This document shows, one piece after another, positions 1 through 9,621 of a stretch of 64,000 nt of DNA. The DNA is taken from contig JANRKO010000038.1 in the NCBI GenBank assembly GCA_033763455.1, positions 21,204-85,203 on the forward strand, in the 5' to 3' direction. The stretch's first letter is position 1. Each line of letters starts with the position of its first letter. The position numbers and the translations under genes were made by a program. The notes beneath the pieces are model-generated. The model was given only the letters and a program-made list of their open reading frames with translations. It searched no databases and was not told the DNA's origin. Source of the DNA: Polyangiaceae bacterium. GTDB taxonomy: Bacteria > Myxococcota_A > Polyangia > Polyangiales > Polyangiaceae.

Positions 1-36
1 CATGCGGGCACCACCACACCCCTCCTCCAACAAGTG

Positions 37-299
37 AACACAAGATACTTCGCATGCTAAGCACCTCACCCGCACCAGCACCAGCACCAGCACCAGCACC
101 AAAGAAGGCGCTGAACTCACTCGCACCCAAGATTGGCTCCCGCCAAACCGCTACTCCACCCGTACACAAGATACTTCGCATGCTTAACACCTTGCTCGCA
201 ACGAAGAGGGCGCTAACCACCTCACTCCCAACAAAGAGCGGCTGCCACCAAAACACAAGATACTTCGCATGCTAAGCACCTCACTCGCACCGAAGAGGG
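37..299. repeat. Degenerate non-coding repeat array with an invariant 21-nt core ACACAAGATACTTCGCATGCT
   Basis: Core is identical at 38-58, 164-184 and 253-273. It is followed by degenerate ~29-nt units (consensus GCTAAGCACCTCACTCGCACCGAAGAGGG), with (GCACCA)x5 at 72-101. The array may continue left of the window. Confidence 0.85.
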
Positions 300-832
300 A
301 GGCCTCCCGAATCTCAAGCCATGCCTCGCATAAGGGGCGAGGACCCTCTCCGCTACTGGCCCTCTTGCTCAGCGTTGCCATTGCCTTCACCGGCGCTCCT
401 TTGTGTGGTTGTGCAGACAAGTCCGACATTTCACTCACCGCCACAATGTCTGAGCCGCACGGGAGCGCCACGGCGGGCGTATTTGGCGCAACCTTTACGG
501 GAGACTCCACGTTGGTACTCCAAGTTGGCGAGCAATCATCCGGCACGAGCACCGTAACGCTAGAAAGCTTTTCTCTCAATAGCGCAAGCCTTGAGAGTTT
601 GGTCTCGCCGTTGAACGCCAAACCCCGGGGAGCTCAGTTACCAATAGTGGTCTCGCCGGGGCCAGCCACAAAAGTCGTATTTGACCTCGGCCCCACCGAG
701 CTTTCTGAAGCTCAAAGGACACGTATCTGTGGTGAATCGGTCCTCTACGTTGCCAGCATCAGCGATAGCTTGAGCGGCGGCCAAGTGAGTCAAGTTCAGG
801 GGCCGGCGTTCACCGTGAGCTGCTTGCCATGA
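269..832 (+). CDS. Hypothetical lipoprotein (true start probably downstream of 269)
   Basis: Hydrophobic stretch ending in lipobox-like LCGC; ATGA overlap with the next gene. Confidence 0.65.
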   Translation: MLSTSLAPKREASRISSHASHKGRGPSPLLALLLSVAIAFTGAPLCGCADKSDISLTATMSEPHGSATAGVFGATFTGDSTLVLQVGEQSSGTSTVTLESFSLNSASLESLVSPLNAKPRGAQLPIVVSPGPATKVVFDLGPTELSEAQRTRICGESVLYVASISDSLSGGQVSQVQGPAFTVSCLP

Positions 833-2427
833 CCCCACCAGTTCGCAAATCCAAGTTTACTACATCGAGCGGCTTTGAGGTTCCTGCCGCCCTATCCGCC
901 GAGGAGGTGCCGCTCGCGCCTGATACGGATCTTGGGGCCCCTGGCCAATACCCCTTCACACGCGGAGTGCAGGAGAGCATGTACCGTGGGCGGCTCTGGA
1001 CGATGCGAATGTTTGCGGGGTTTGGAACGCCCGAACAGACGAATGCTCGCTTTCGTTACTTGCTCGAACAGGGGCAAACAGGGCTTTCTACTGCGTTCGA
1101 TTTTCCAACTCTCATGGGCTACGATTCGGATTCGCCGCGAGCACTGGGCGAGGTGGGTATGTGTGGCGTCGCCGTCGACACTGTGCGCGACATGCAAGTG
1201 CTATTCGACCAAATTCCGCTGGATCGAGTGACAACCTCGATGACAATTAACGGCCCCGCGCTTGCCATACTTGGCTTCTACGTGGCACACGCCGACCAAC
1301 GCGTTATCGCTCGTTCAGCACTCGGAGGTACAATTCAGAACGACTGCCTCAAAGAATTCATTGCACAGCACGCGTGGCTCGTTCCCCCACGCCCGGCAAT
1401 GCGCATCGTGACGGACATGATCGAGTTCTGCTCCCGTGAGATGCCACGCTGGAATACGGTAAGTATCAGCGGCTACCACATTCGAGAAGCCGGAGCCACG
1501 GCCGCCGAGGAGCTAGCTTTTACCTTGGCTGATGGAATTGAATACGTCACCCACTGCATCGAACGTGGGCTTAATGTTGACTCCTTTGCTCCGCGGCTCA
1601 GCTTCTTCTTCGATGTTCACAATGATTTCTTCGAAGAAATCGCCAAATTTCGCGCAGCACGCCGTATGTGGGCTCGCCTTATGAAAGAGCGCTTTGGGGC
1701 CAAGCACGAAGCCAGCATGAAGCTGCGCACCCATGCGCAAACCGCAGGGGTATCGCTCACGGCTCAACAACCTCAAAACAATATCGCCCGTGTTGCGCTC
1801 CAAGCGTTGGCGGCAGTACTCGGAGGCACGCAATCCCTTCACACCAATTCGCTCGACGAAACCTATGCGCTCCCTACCGAAGAAGCCGTTACCATTGCTT
1901 TGCGCACACAGCAGATTATCGCCGAAGAATCCGGCGTAGCCAACACTATTGATCCGCTCGCGGGCAGCTACTACGTAGAGTGGCTTACCAACAAGATTGA
2001 GGCAGAAGCGCTCCAGAAGATCGCCAAAATCGACGAACTCGGCGGCATGGTGCGCGCGATTGAGCAAGGCTTCCCCCAGCGCGAAATTGCGCGGTCCGCG
2101 TACGCGTTCGAACAGAGCGTGAACCGCGGAGAAAGCATCATTGTTGGAGTGAACGACTACAAGCAGGGCGGGGGCTCAAAGATCCCCACGCTGAAGGTGG
2201 ACGAGAGTGTTCAAAAGTCCCAGCTTTTGGCGCTGGCCAAAGTGAAAGCCGAGCGGAGCGCCACCGACGTTGCCCGCTCTTTAGCCGAGCTTCGTGCGGC
2301 CGCTCGTGGGGACAATAACCTCATGCCAAAAGTGATCGCGTGTGGTCACGCCTATTGCAGCGAGCAAGAGATCTGCGACGTGCTTCGTGATGTTATGGGC
2401 GCCTATACGGATCCCGCGCTGTTCTGA
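829..2427 (+). CDS. icmA: B12-dependent acyl-CoA mutase large (substrate-binding) subunit, isobutyryl-CoA mutase-like
   Basis: Motifs [20 protein letters not shown] and [10 protein letters not shown]. No C-terminal cobalamin domain. WTMRMFAGF (Phe) and LKEFIAQ (Gln) at the specificity positions. Confidence 0.85.
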   Translation: MTPPVRKSKFTTSSGFEVPAALSAEEVPLAPDTDLGAPGQYPFTRGVQESMYRGRLWTMRMFAGFGTPEQTNARFRYLLEQGQTGLSTAFDFPTLMGYDSDSPRALGEVGMCGVAVDTVRDMQVLFDQIPLDRVTTSMTINGPALAILGFYVAHADQRVIARSALGGTIQNDCLKEFIAQHAWLVPPRPAMRIVTDMIEFCSREMPRWNTVSISGYHIREAGATAAEELAFTLADGIEYVTHCIERGLNVDSFAPRLSFFFDVHNDFFEEIAKFRAARRMWARLMKERFGAKHEASMKLRTHAQTAGVSLTAQQPQNNIARVALQALAAVLGGTQSLHTNSLDETYALPTEEAVTIALRTQQIIAEESGVANTIDPLAGSYYVEWLTNKIEAEALQKIAKIDELGGMVRAIEQGFPQREIARSAYAFEQSVNRGESIIVGVNDYKQGGGSKIPTLKVDESVQKSQLLALAKVKAERSATDVARSLAELRAAARGDNNLMPKVIACGHAYCSEQEICDVLRDVMGAYTDPALF

Positions 2428-2472
2428 AATCCAGAGCAATGCCCACACCCTGAAATTCACGATTGCGAAAAA

Positions 2473-3528
2473 CTAACCGCCGTCTTTGCCCACCTTGGGG
2501 TTCACGGGCGAAACGGCGACCCAGAGGCCACTTTTTGAGGCCGGCTTAGGAGCATGAAGCGGGCGCTCTTTTTTCGGATCTTGCTCGGTGGAATAAATTC
2601 CACTCGGATACGCATCATCACCAGTTGTAGGCGGCGCCATGCTCTCAATTGCTGGTGGAGTGAGAGAGCGTGTAGCAGCCGCACGTGCGAAGGCTGGTGG
2701 AGTGACCGAACGTGTGCCGGCTGGACGTGCAGCCGTGGGTGAGCTTTGTGGGTCAGAAATATCCACCGACTTCATCATCCCACTCGGTGAATGGCGCGAT
2801 GCCTTGCGGCGCGCTTCAGGCTCGATATTCCACTGGCTCACCCGCGAATCCGCGAGCCGCGCTGACGCCAAGATCTGCTCGACTTCGGCGCTGAGTTGCC
2901 CAAATTGCACGGGCCTAGATGAATGAGGCCGATTATCACGCAGCGCCTGGGGCGGAGCCAAGACCTCTGAAGGACCTCGCACGGAGCTGTAGGTTACCTC
3001 AACGCGACAGCGGTCACCCACACTCTGCGCAGTTGCAACGAGAGACCCACTGCTCTCCATCGCGAAGCGTTCTGCGGCGAGAACAGCACCCGTGGCCATC
3101 TTGCCCAGAAGGCGTGTGGCTCGCGGCCGCGCATTCACGCCCAGTAACCAACCAAAACCCTGCGGTGATTTGGTGAGATCCATCACCGGCTCAACACCCA
3201 CGAACGGGCCGCCCAGCCAGCCTCGCAACCGCTGAACCGTGCCCAGCAAATCGTACCCCACCACAAGCGTGCTACTTTGAGCCAAGGCGCGAGCGGCCAA
3301 CTCCTCGAACAAATGCTCCAGAACCCGCTCACCGAGCAACCCATCGAGTACGCCAAAGAACTCTTCCGCCTCATCCAAACTGACAGCATCTTGCGAGCCC
3401 TGAATGAGCACCACCTGGCTCAAACGTTCCGGGAGTGCGGCACTTAGGCGTTCAAGCACAGATGCACCGCGCGTGCGCCCAATGAGCTCCCAAACATCAC
3501 GTAAGAATTTGCGTCGAAACTGCCCCAT
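2473..3528 (-). CDS. Hypothetical protein; globular N-terminal domain (possibly V4R/H-NOX-like) and a low-complexity Ser/Pro/Thr tail
   Basis: 351-aa ORF filling the gap between known genes. The fold is only a guess. Confidence 0.6.
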   Translation of the reverse strand: MGQFRRKFLRDVWELIGRTRGASVLERLSAALPERLSQVVLIQGSQDAVSLDEAEEFFGVLDGLLGERVLEHLFEELAARALAQSSTLVVGYDLLGTVQRLRGWLGGPFVGVEPVMDLTKSPQGFGWLLGVNARPRATRLLGKMATGAVLAAERFAMESSGSLVATAQSVGDRCRVEVTYSSVRGPSEVLAPPQALRDNRPHSSRPVQFGQLSAEVEQILASARLADSRVSQWNIEPEARRKASRHSPSGMMKSVDISDPQSSPTAARPAGTRSVTPPAFARAAATRSLTPPAIESMAPPTTGDDAYPSGIYSTEQDPKKERPLHAPKPASKSGLWVAVSPVNPKVGKDGG

Positions 3529-3565
3529 GTGCGGTGGGCTCCCTAAACCCGAGGGGCAGCATACC

Positions 3566-4756
3566 CTAACGTTCGAGCGCAGCCACTAGATCTCGGATGA
3601 GGTCCGCGGATTCTTCTACGCCCACCGAAAGCCGGATCAGGGCGGGGTCGATCCCGATTTGCGACAATTCCACCTCAGAAAGCTCAAAAAAGCTCATGAT
3701 CGCTGGCTGTTCGATCAGTGTTTCCACGCCGCCGAGCGAGGGCGCCAGCGCCGCAATCTTGGAACCATCCACAACCTTGGATGCAGCAGCTTTTCCGCCC
3801 TTCACGATGAAGCTAACCACGCCCCCGCCGCCCTGCATTTGAGCGGTAGCAATGGAAAAGGACGGATGGCTCTCCAGAAACGGATAGTAGACGGACTCAA
3901 CGCGCGGATGCTTTTCCAGTGCACGCGCCACTTCGAGCGCGCTGGCATTCTGTCGTACCACCCGCAGCCCGAGCGTTTTCAAGCCTCTGGAAATCATGAA
4001 CGCAGCGTGCGGATCGAGCACCGCACCGGTAATGCCCCGATGATCGCGCAGCAGCGAAATGAGGTGAGGCGCACCTACGACAACCCCACCCAACACGTCG
4101 TTGTGGCCGCTTAGGTACTTGGTGGCACTGTGCACCACTAGATCGATCCCAAACATGATCGGGCGGCAGTTAATCGGCGTAGCAAAAGTAGAATCCACCA
4201 GCGTTTTGACGCGGCCGTGTGCTTTGCAAATCTTCGCGAGCGCTTCCAGATCTACGCAATATTGATATGGGTTCGTCGGTGATTCGCTCACCACCAAGCG
4301 CGTGTTGGGGCGAAGCGCAGCCTCTAGCCCGGCCAGATCACCCGGTTCCACAACGCTATGTTCGACGCCGAAGCGGGACATGGTTGCGGTAACGAGCTGA
4401 CGCGTACGCCTGTAGCAGTCCCGAAACAACACAATGTGATCGCCCGCGCGCGTGAGGCCCAAAATGGCTCCTGTTACCGCAGCCATGCCGCTTGAAAACG
4501 CCACCGCGTCCCCACCACCCTCCAGCACGGCCATGCGATTCTCAAATTCGCGCACCGTCGGGTTGCCATAGCGGCCGTACTCCTCGCGCTCAGGATCGGC
4601 GTCCTCGCCGCGCATGTATTGTTCAAGATCTGCCGTATCTTCGAACGTGTAAGTTGCCGTGAGCGCGATTGCTGGAGCCAGCGCGTGGTGAGGCCGTTTA
4701 CGGGGTACGCCGCCGTGAACGGCCAGCGTGGAGTTAGCAACTTCCTTCTTAGTCAT
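3566..4756 (-). CDS. metB: Cystathionine gamma-synthase / Cys-Met metabolism PLP enzyme
   Basis: Motifs YGRYGNPT, FSSGMAA, ESPTNP, DSTFATP, HSATKYLSGH (PLP Lys) and IRLSVGVE. Start moved to ATG 4756. Confidence 0.9.
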   Translation of the reverse strand: MTKKEVANSTLAVHGGVPRKRPHHALAPAIALTATYTFEDTADLEQYMRGEDADPEREEYGRYGNPTVREFENRMAVLEGGGDAVAFSSGMAAVTGAILGLTRAGDHIVLFRDCYRRTRQLVTATMSRFGVEHSVVEPGDLAGLEAALRPNTRLVVSESPTNPYQYCVDLEALAKICKAHGRVKTLVDSTFATPINCRPIMFGIDLVVHSATKYLSGHNDVLGGVVVGAPHLISLLRDHRGITGAVLDPHAAFMISRGLKTLGLRVVRQNASALEVARALEKHPRVESVYYPFLESHPSFSIATAQMQGGGGVVSFIVKGGKAAASKVVDGSKIAALAPSLGGVETLIEQPAIMSFFELSEVELSQIGIDPALIRLSVGVEESADLIRDLVAALER

Positions 4757-4826
4757 TAGCGAGCATGAGGGGTTAGCATGAACCGGTTGGGTGTAAAGGC
4801 CCGAACGATCCGTAGGCAATGAGCTC

Positions 4827-5426
4827 TTAGCGATCTGGCGCTGCCAAAGGGGTAAGCGCCTCAGCCACCAGCTCTGCAAGCTCGTTCGGCAAGGCGAGGC
4901 TCTGTGCATAAGCCTGCCCGTTCGAGCTCATCTTCTTCCACGTCTTGCTGAGAACTTCGAGCACCTTGCCGCGCGGATGTTTGGCGACGAAGTCTCGAAG
5001 CTCGTATTCCAGGAATACCAAGCAGAGGGCATCTTCGATGAGCTGCGTGTTCGTCGGACCTCGCAACCCCTGCTTTTGATTGATCCGCGCAACTTCTTCA
5101 ATCGTCTCGGTATCATAACCGACACGCTCCAAGATCTCGCGGGCAGCGGCCGCATGAAAACGCCCAAGCGCCGTACGCCACTTTAGGTATCCAACGCGCC
5201 CTTCTGGGAATTCGGAGCGCGGGTGCTCGAATCGCCGCAGGTGTTGGCAACGGGCCGCCAAACGTGCAGCTTCCGGCGCTTGGGGGTCCAGGCGCAGCAC
5301 CCATGCTGACAGACGCTCGGCGTGTACCAGCTGTTTTGGACGAGCGACGCCCGCCACTAGCACACGCTCAGGGTCTTCTGCGTTAGCTCTATCGAATGCA
5401 GCGAGGGCGGCTTCAAACCGGGACAT
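4827..5426 (-). CDS. DUF4202 family protein
   Basis: Motifs FDRANAEDP, ARCQHLRR, GYLKWR, EDALCLVF and KTWKKMS. Confidence 0.85.
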   Translation of the reverse strand: MSRFEAALAAFDRANAEDPERVLVAGVARPKQLVHAERLSAWVLRLDPQAPEAARLAARCQHLRRFEHPRSEFPEGRVGYLKWRTALGRFHAAAAREILERVGYDTETIEEVARINQKQGLRGPTNTQLIEDALCLVFLEYELRDFVAKHPRGKVLEVLSKTWKKMSSNGQAYAQSLALPNELAELVAEALTPLAAPDR

Positions 5427-5475
5427 ATTCGTTGGCATACAACACAGGAATACGTTGAGGGAAACAGGTCGTAAG

Positions 5476-6429
5476 TTAGCGCAATTTCTGCCGCAAACGA
5501 TCCACACCCATGGCAACCACAATGATAACGCCAGTCACGATTTCCTGCACCCAGTTGGGCACCCCCACGTGCGTACAACCAGTCTTGATGGTGGTGAGCA
5601 AGAACGCCCCGAGCAAGGCGCCAGCCACAGAGCCTTGCCCGCCGGCAAGCGAACCGCCCCCGATAACCACAGCCGCAATCACCTCTAATTCGAGGCCCAC
5701 CGAGTCCGTTGGGTCCCCTACCGTGAGCGTCGAGAACTCCAAGACCCCGGCGATGCCAGCACAAAGCCCAGCCAGCACGTACACCAAGAGGCGCACACGC
5801 TCCACCGAGATGCCACACAAACGCGCGTTGTCGGCATTCGAGCCCACCGCCACCACATGGCGCCCCCAGCGTGTGTACGCTAAGAAAAGTGCCGCGAGCG
5901 CAGCAAGGATCATCGCCAACCAAACGCCCGCCGGAAAAAGCCAGGGCTCACCTTGCTGCACGGGTGCCATCCACGCGTCCAGCCCACGAGGATTGGCGTC
6001 TATCTTCTGTTCGTTGGCGAGCCCCTTAGCCGCTCCCCTGAGCACGCTCATTGTACCCAGTGTTACGATAAACGGCGTGATGTTGAGAAGATTCACCAAG
6101 AGCCCATTCACCAAACCTGCAATAGCTCCGGTGGCCACCCCAAGGACCACCACCTCGCCGAGGCCAAGATCGGCGCGGAGTGCGCGCGCCACTACCACGG
6201 TAGTAATCGCCACCACCGAACCCACAGAAAGATCAATACCTCCCTGCACCATCACGAGCGTCATGCCCACCGAAGCAATGGCCAACACGGCTGTTTGGCG
6301 CAACATCGTCGTGAGGTTTGCGGAGCGCGCGAAGGTATCTGGGCTTAGAAATGAAAACAAAAGGAGCAACACCAAGAGGGCCAAAAACGGCCCAACCCAG
6401 GGATTCTTGAGGAACTTGTAGCCATTCAT
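5476..6429 (-). CDS. Monosaccharide (ribose-type) ABC transporter permease
   Basis: Motifs GGIDLSVGS, PFIVTLG and LEVIAAVVIGGGSLAGG; multiple TM helices. Confidence 0.92.
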   Translation of the reverse strand: MNGYKFLKNPWVGPFLALLVLLLLFSFLSPDTFARSANLTTMLRQTAVLAIASVGMTLVMVQGGIDLSVGSVVAITTVVVARALRADLGLGEVVVLGVATGAIAGLVNGLLVNLLNITPFIVTLGTMSVLRGAAKGLANEQKIDANPRGLDAWMAPVQQGEPWLFPAGVWLAMILAALAALFLAYTRWGRHVVAVGSNADNARLCGISVERVRLLVYVLAGLCAGIAGVLEFSTLTVGDPTDSVGLELEVIAAVVIGGGSLAGGQGSVAGALLGAFLLTTIKTGCTHVGVPNWVQEIVTGVIIVVAMGVDRLRQKLR

Positions 6430-7961
6430 GAGTTCAACATCGCTTCCGCCAACAGATCGTGTTCGTTGAGTGCCGAGGCTCGCCGCGCCTCACCCAACTT
6501 CCCATGGCGCATTACCTGGATCCTATCGCAAACACCCAGAAGTTCCGGCAGGTAGCTTGAAACCATGAGCACGGCTTTGCCTTCGCGTGCGGCCGCATCC
6601 ATGAGTCGATAAATTTCGCCTCGGCTCCGCACATCAATGCCACGTGTTGGCTCATCCAAAAGAAGCACGTCCACGTTGTGATACAAGAGACGAGCGAAAG
6701 CGACTTTCTGTTGATTACCTCCCGAAAGCTCCGATGCTCTCTGCAGAGGACCTTGACACACGATACCAAGGCGAGCAATCCAATCTGCAACCACCGCCAA
6801 CTGCCGTCTTGAAGAGACGTAACCAAAAGCCCCCAGGGCACTCAATCTGGATAATGTGAGATTCTCCGCCACACTCAACTTCTGGCTGATACCCTCCTGC
6901 TTGCGATCTTCACTCAGAAGGCCGAGCCCCTGAGCTAGGCGTTGAGCTGGTGTTGCAGATCTATGAACCTTGCCGATTTGGGTTTTGGGTGAAACCCCGC
7001 CCTTAAAGGCACCCACCAGCACGTCCCCGGAGCGCACCTCCGTGAGGCCAAAAATGCCGCGCAATAGTTCGCTACGCCCGGCGCCGAGCAGGCCTGAAAT
7101 ACCTAGAATCTCACCCCGAAATAGCTCGAGGCTTGCCCCCTTGGGGAGCTTTTCACCACAAAGGTCGGTCACACGCAAGGCGAGCGGACCTGGCTGCCGT
7201 TCGGTGTGAGCAAAAATGTCCCCAAGCTTTCGCCCCGCCATCTTCTGAATGAGCTCCTTGGGTGAAGTCTCCGCGATATCGCCAGTAGCCACGTTCACTC
7301 CGTCGCGCAGCACCGTGTAGCTCATGGCTATCTGCCCAACTTCTTCCAGAAAGTGGGAGATGTAGATCACGCTCACTCCAGCCTGGCTCACTTCTCGAAT
7401 CGCTCGGAACAGCGCGGCAACGTCCGCCTGGCTCAGGCTAGCGGTGGGCTCGTCCAGGATTAACAGTCGGCAGTTAGGTTGCGCGAGAGCACGGGCAATA
7501 GCCACCAACTGGCGCTGGCTGGGCGAAAGCTTCGACACAAGCGTTGCTGGGTCAATCGGATTCGAAGCCGAGGTAACCCGCCAGAGCGCCTGGCGTGCCT
7601 GCGCAAGGAGAGATTGGCGCCGAACCCATCCGTAGCGCACGGGCTCACTCCCTAGGAACAGATTTTCAGCCACCGTAAGATCGGCGCACAGGTGCGGCTC
7701 CTGGTGCACCATATGAACTCCCAAGGCACGCGCTTCCCCTGGATTTTGGGGCTGATAAGGCACCCCATCCAGCTCTAATTGTCCGGCATCTGCCCGTTCC
7801 GCACCCGACACAATAGCCATCAGCGTACTCTTGCCGGCGCCGTTTTCACCCAAGAGCGCGTGCACCTCCCCTGCCTGAACAGTGAGAGACACTGCTGCGA
7901 GCGCTTGTGTCGGCCCAAAGGCACGACTCACCGCTTCCACCACGAGGCGGGGGCTTGCCAT
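6426..7961 (-). CDS. Monosaccharide ABC transporter ATP-binding protein with two NBDs
   Basis: Motifs GENGAGKST, LILDEPT, LSGGNQQKV and DEPTRGID. Confidence 0.93.
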   Translation of the reverse strand: MASPRLVVEAVSRAFGPTQALAAVSLTVQAGEVHALLGENGAGKSTLMAIVSGAERADAGQLELDGVPYQPQNPGEARALGVHMVHQEPHLCADLTVAENLFLGSEPVRYGWVRRQSLLAQARQALWRVTSASNPIDPATLVSKLSPSQRQLVAIARALAQPNCRLLILDEPTASLSQADVAALFRAIREVSQAGVSVIYISHFLEEVGQIAMSYTVLRDGVNVATGDIAETSPKELIQKMAGRKLGDIFAHTERQPGPLALRVTDLCGEKLPKGASLELFRGEILGISGLLGAGRSELLRGIFGLTEVRSGDVLVGAFKGGVSPKTQIGKVHRSATPAQRLAQGLGLLSEDRKQEGISQKLSVAENLTLSRLSALGAFGYVSSRRQLAVVADWIARLGIVCQGPLQRASELSGGNQQKVAFARLLYHNVDVLLLDEPTRGIDVRSRGEIYRLMDAAAREGKAVLMVSSYLPELLGVCDRIQVMRHGKLGEARRASALNEHDLLAEAMLNS

Positions 7962-7970
7962 GTGCAACTG

Positions 7971-9005
7971 TTACTTCTCTCCTAGCCACTTTTTGAGATC
8001 AGGATGCAACAATTCCTGGTACTTGGCCTCGGCGATGTTGGCCTTATCCACGAGAGCCGCGCCCGTGTCGATACGCGCTGGCACCTTTGCACCGCGCAGA
8101 TGCTCCACCGTTGTTTTGATCGCAAGGTACCCCATGCGAAATGGATCCTGCAATACAAGTGCATCAATGTGCCCAGCACGCACGCCTGCCTCCAACTTCT
8201 CCGAAGCATCAAAGCCAACAAAACGGATCTTGCCCGCGAGCCCCGTTTTCTGAAGGGCGAGCAGCATGCCAAACGTCGTGGATTCATTCGGGCAGAAAAC
8301 GCCGGCCACGGCGCCTTTGGCGGCCGATTGGGCCAAAAGCAGGCTTTCGCTCGCAGCAAAAGCGCTTTCCGTGTTCGCGCCTCCATATTGGTTGGCACTC
8401 AAGATCTTGATATCTGCCTTGCCCCCAAGTGCACTCAGAAACCCTTCTTCACGCTCACGCGTGCTCGCGGAGCCCTCCTGATAACGCAAGACCACCACTC
8501 CGCCCTTACCTGAAAGCAGCTGCACCATGCGCTCTCCGGCAAGCTTGCCGGCTGCGAAATTGTCCGTCGCCACAAAGCTCACATGCGCTGTGCCGGCAAG
8601 CCCGGAGTCGAAAACCAATACTGGGATCTTAGCGGCGACAGCGCCCGCGACAGCACCAACGAGCGCCTTGTCGTTCAAAGGGGCCAAGGTGATCGCAGAT
8701 ACGCCCTGCGCGGTGAAGTTCTGCACCACGTCGATCTGCCCTTTGAGATCATCCTCACGGAGCGGCCCCTTCCACAGCAGCTGAATGCCAAATTCTTTTT
8801 CCGCCTTCACAGCCCCCGCATGCACGCTCTTCCAAAATTCGTGCGTGGTGCCTTTGGGGATCATGGCAATCTTTACGACCTTGGCCGCTTCTGCCACGGG
8901 CTTCGCGTTGCCTTCAGCCTGAGGCCGGCTGCACGCCGAACACGTAGCCCAAGCCAACCAAGTCAACCCCGCCGCAACCCAAAACCTACGGTGTGTATTC
9001 AACAT
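7971..9005 (-). CDS. Sugar ABC transporter substrate-binding lipoprotein (periplasmic binding protein type 1)
   Basis: Motifs IPKGTTHEFWKSVHAGA, FVATDN, VGFD and QDPFRMGY. Start 9005 chosen because TATGCT lies 7 nt upstream. Confidence 0.9.
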   Translation of the reverse strand: MLNTHRRFWVAAGLTWLAWATCSACSRPQAEGNAKPVAEAAKVVKIAMIPKGTTHEFWKSVHAGAVKAEKEFGIQLLWKGPLREDDLKGQIDVVQNFTAQGVSAITLAPLNDKALVGAVAGAVAAKIPVLVFDSGLAGTAHVSFVATDNFAAGKLAGERMVQLLSGKGGVVVLRYQEGSASTREREEGFLSALGGKADIKILSANQYGGANTESAFAASESLLLAQSAAKGAVAGVFCPNESTTFGMLLALQKTGLAGKIRFVGFDASEKLEAGVRAGHIDALVLQDPFRMGYLAIKTTVEHLRGAKVPARIDTGAALVDKANIAEAKYQELLHPDLKKWLGEK

Positions 9006-9127
9006 CGGCCGCAGCATACGCGCGAAGGTTGGGGTACCAAAAGGTGGTATGCGGGGGGGCTCAGGCGAAGGCCCGTGCGAGATCGAATGCTCCGTAGATC
9101 AGCCGAAAAATGGGGCGCTGACCGAGG

Positions 9128-9550
9128 CTCCCTGATCCGGCGGGTAAGGTGTGAGCAACGCGCGTAAGTGATCGAAATTGCGCCAAGCGTCTCCCTGTGT
9201 GAGGGAGACGCGGGAGAGGCGTGAGCCTGGCAGCTCCGCGCTGCGACGGAGGGGTTGCGACCTGAAAAGCCCCGGGCAGCACGGTAGCTCGTTTTTGGGA
9301 TTGGGGATAGACAAGGTGGAAGGGGCGGCGACTACCTACGGATGCCCAATCCCAAAACCGAGACCTATCGGGATTTACGGAAATGCTCGAAGTTCGACAG
9401 TAGTTAATCTCCGAAGATTCCAGACAGAGCACGACCACAGGGAGCCCAGACTCCTCAAAGAGGTGCGACCAAGCGCCGGGCGCGGAGCCAGATCGACACG
9501 CAGCGACCCCTCATCATCCAAATGAACATCTATGCCACCGGATCAGGGAG
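9128..9550. mobile_element. MITE-like non-autonomous element (423 bp) with terminal inverted repeats
   Basis: Perfect 13-bp IR CTCCCTGATCCGG (9128-9140 / 9538-9550), extending to 20/25 matches. No credible ORF. Its right end is homologous to 63857-64000. Confidence 0.75.
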
Positions 9551-9621
9551 GCTGATCTGCCATTGACAAAACCCGAACCAAGCCCAGACGGAGGTAGTCC
9601 CACCAAGAAAAGGAGTTTCCA

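Noticed and set aside
37..299. CRISPR array
   Set aside because: The core is only 21 nt, the intervening segments are 105 and 68 nt and resemble each other, and there are no cas genes in the window.
2651..2705. 13-bp direct repeat GCTGGTGGAGTGA at 42-nt spacing
   Set aside because: In-frame duplication encoding TRS(V/L)TPPA in a low-complexity protein tail; explained by the CDS.
3633..3643. CCGGATCAGGG matching part of the element's terminal repeat
   Set aside because: Lies inside an intact metB reading frame with no further similarity; likely chance.
4757..4826. SAM riboswitch upstream of metB
   Set aside because: The gap is only 70 nt and has no recognisable SAM-I/II core motifs.
9061..9525. 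Short ORFs within the MITE-like element as a transposase
   Set aside because: No DDE, HUH or DEDD motifs and no RBS; composition is not protein-like.
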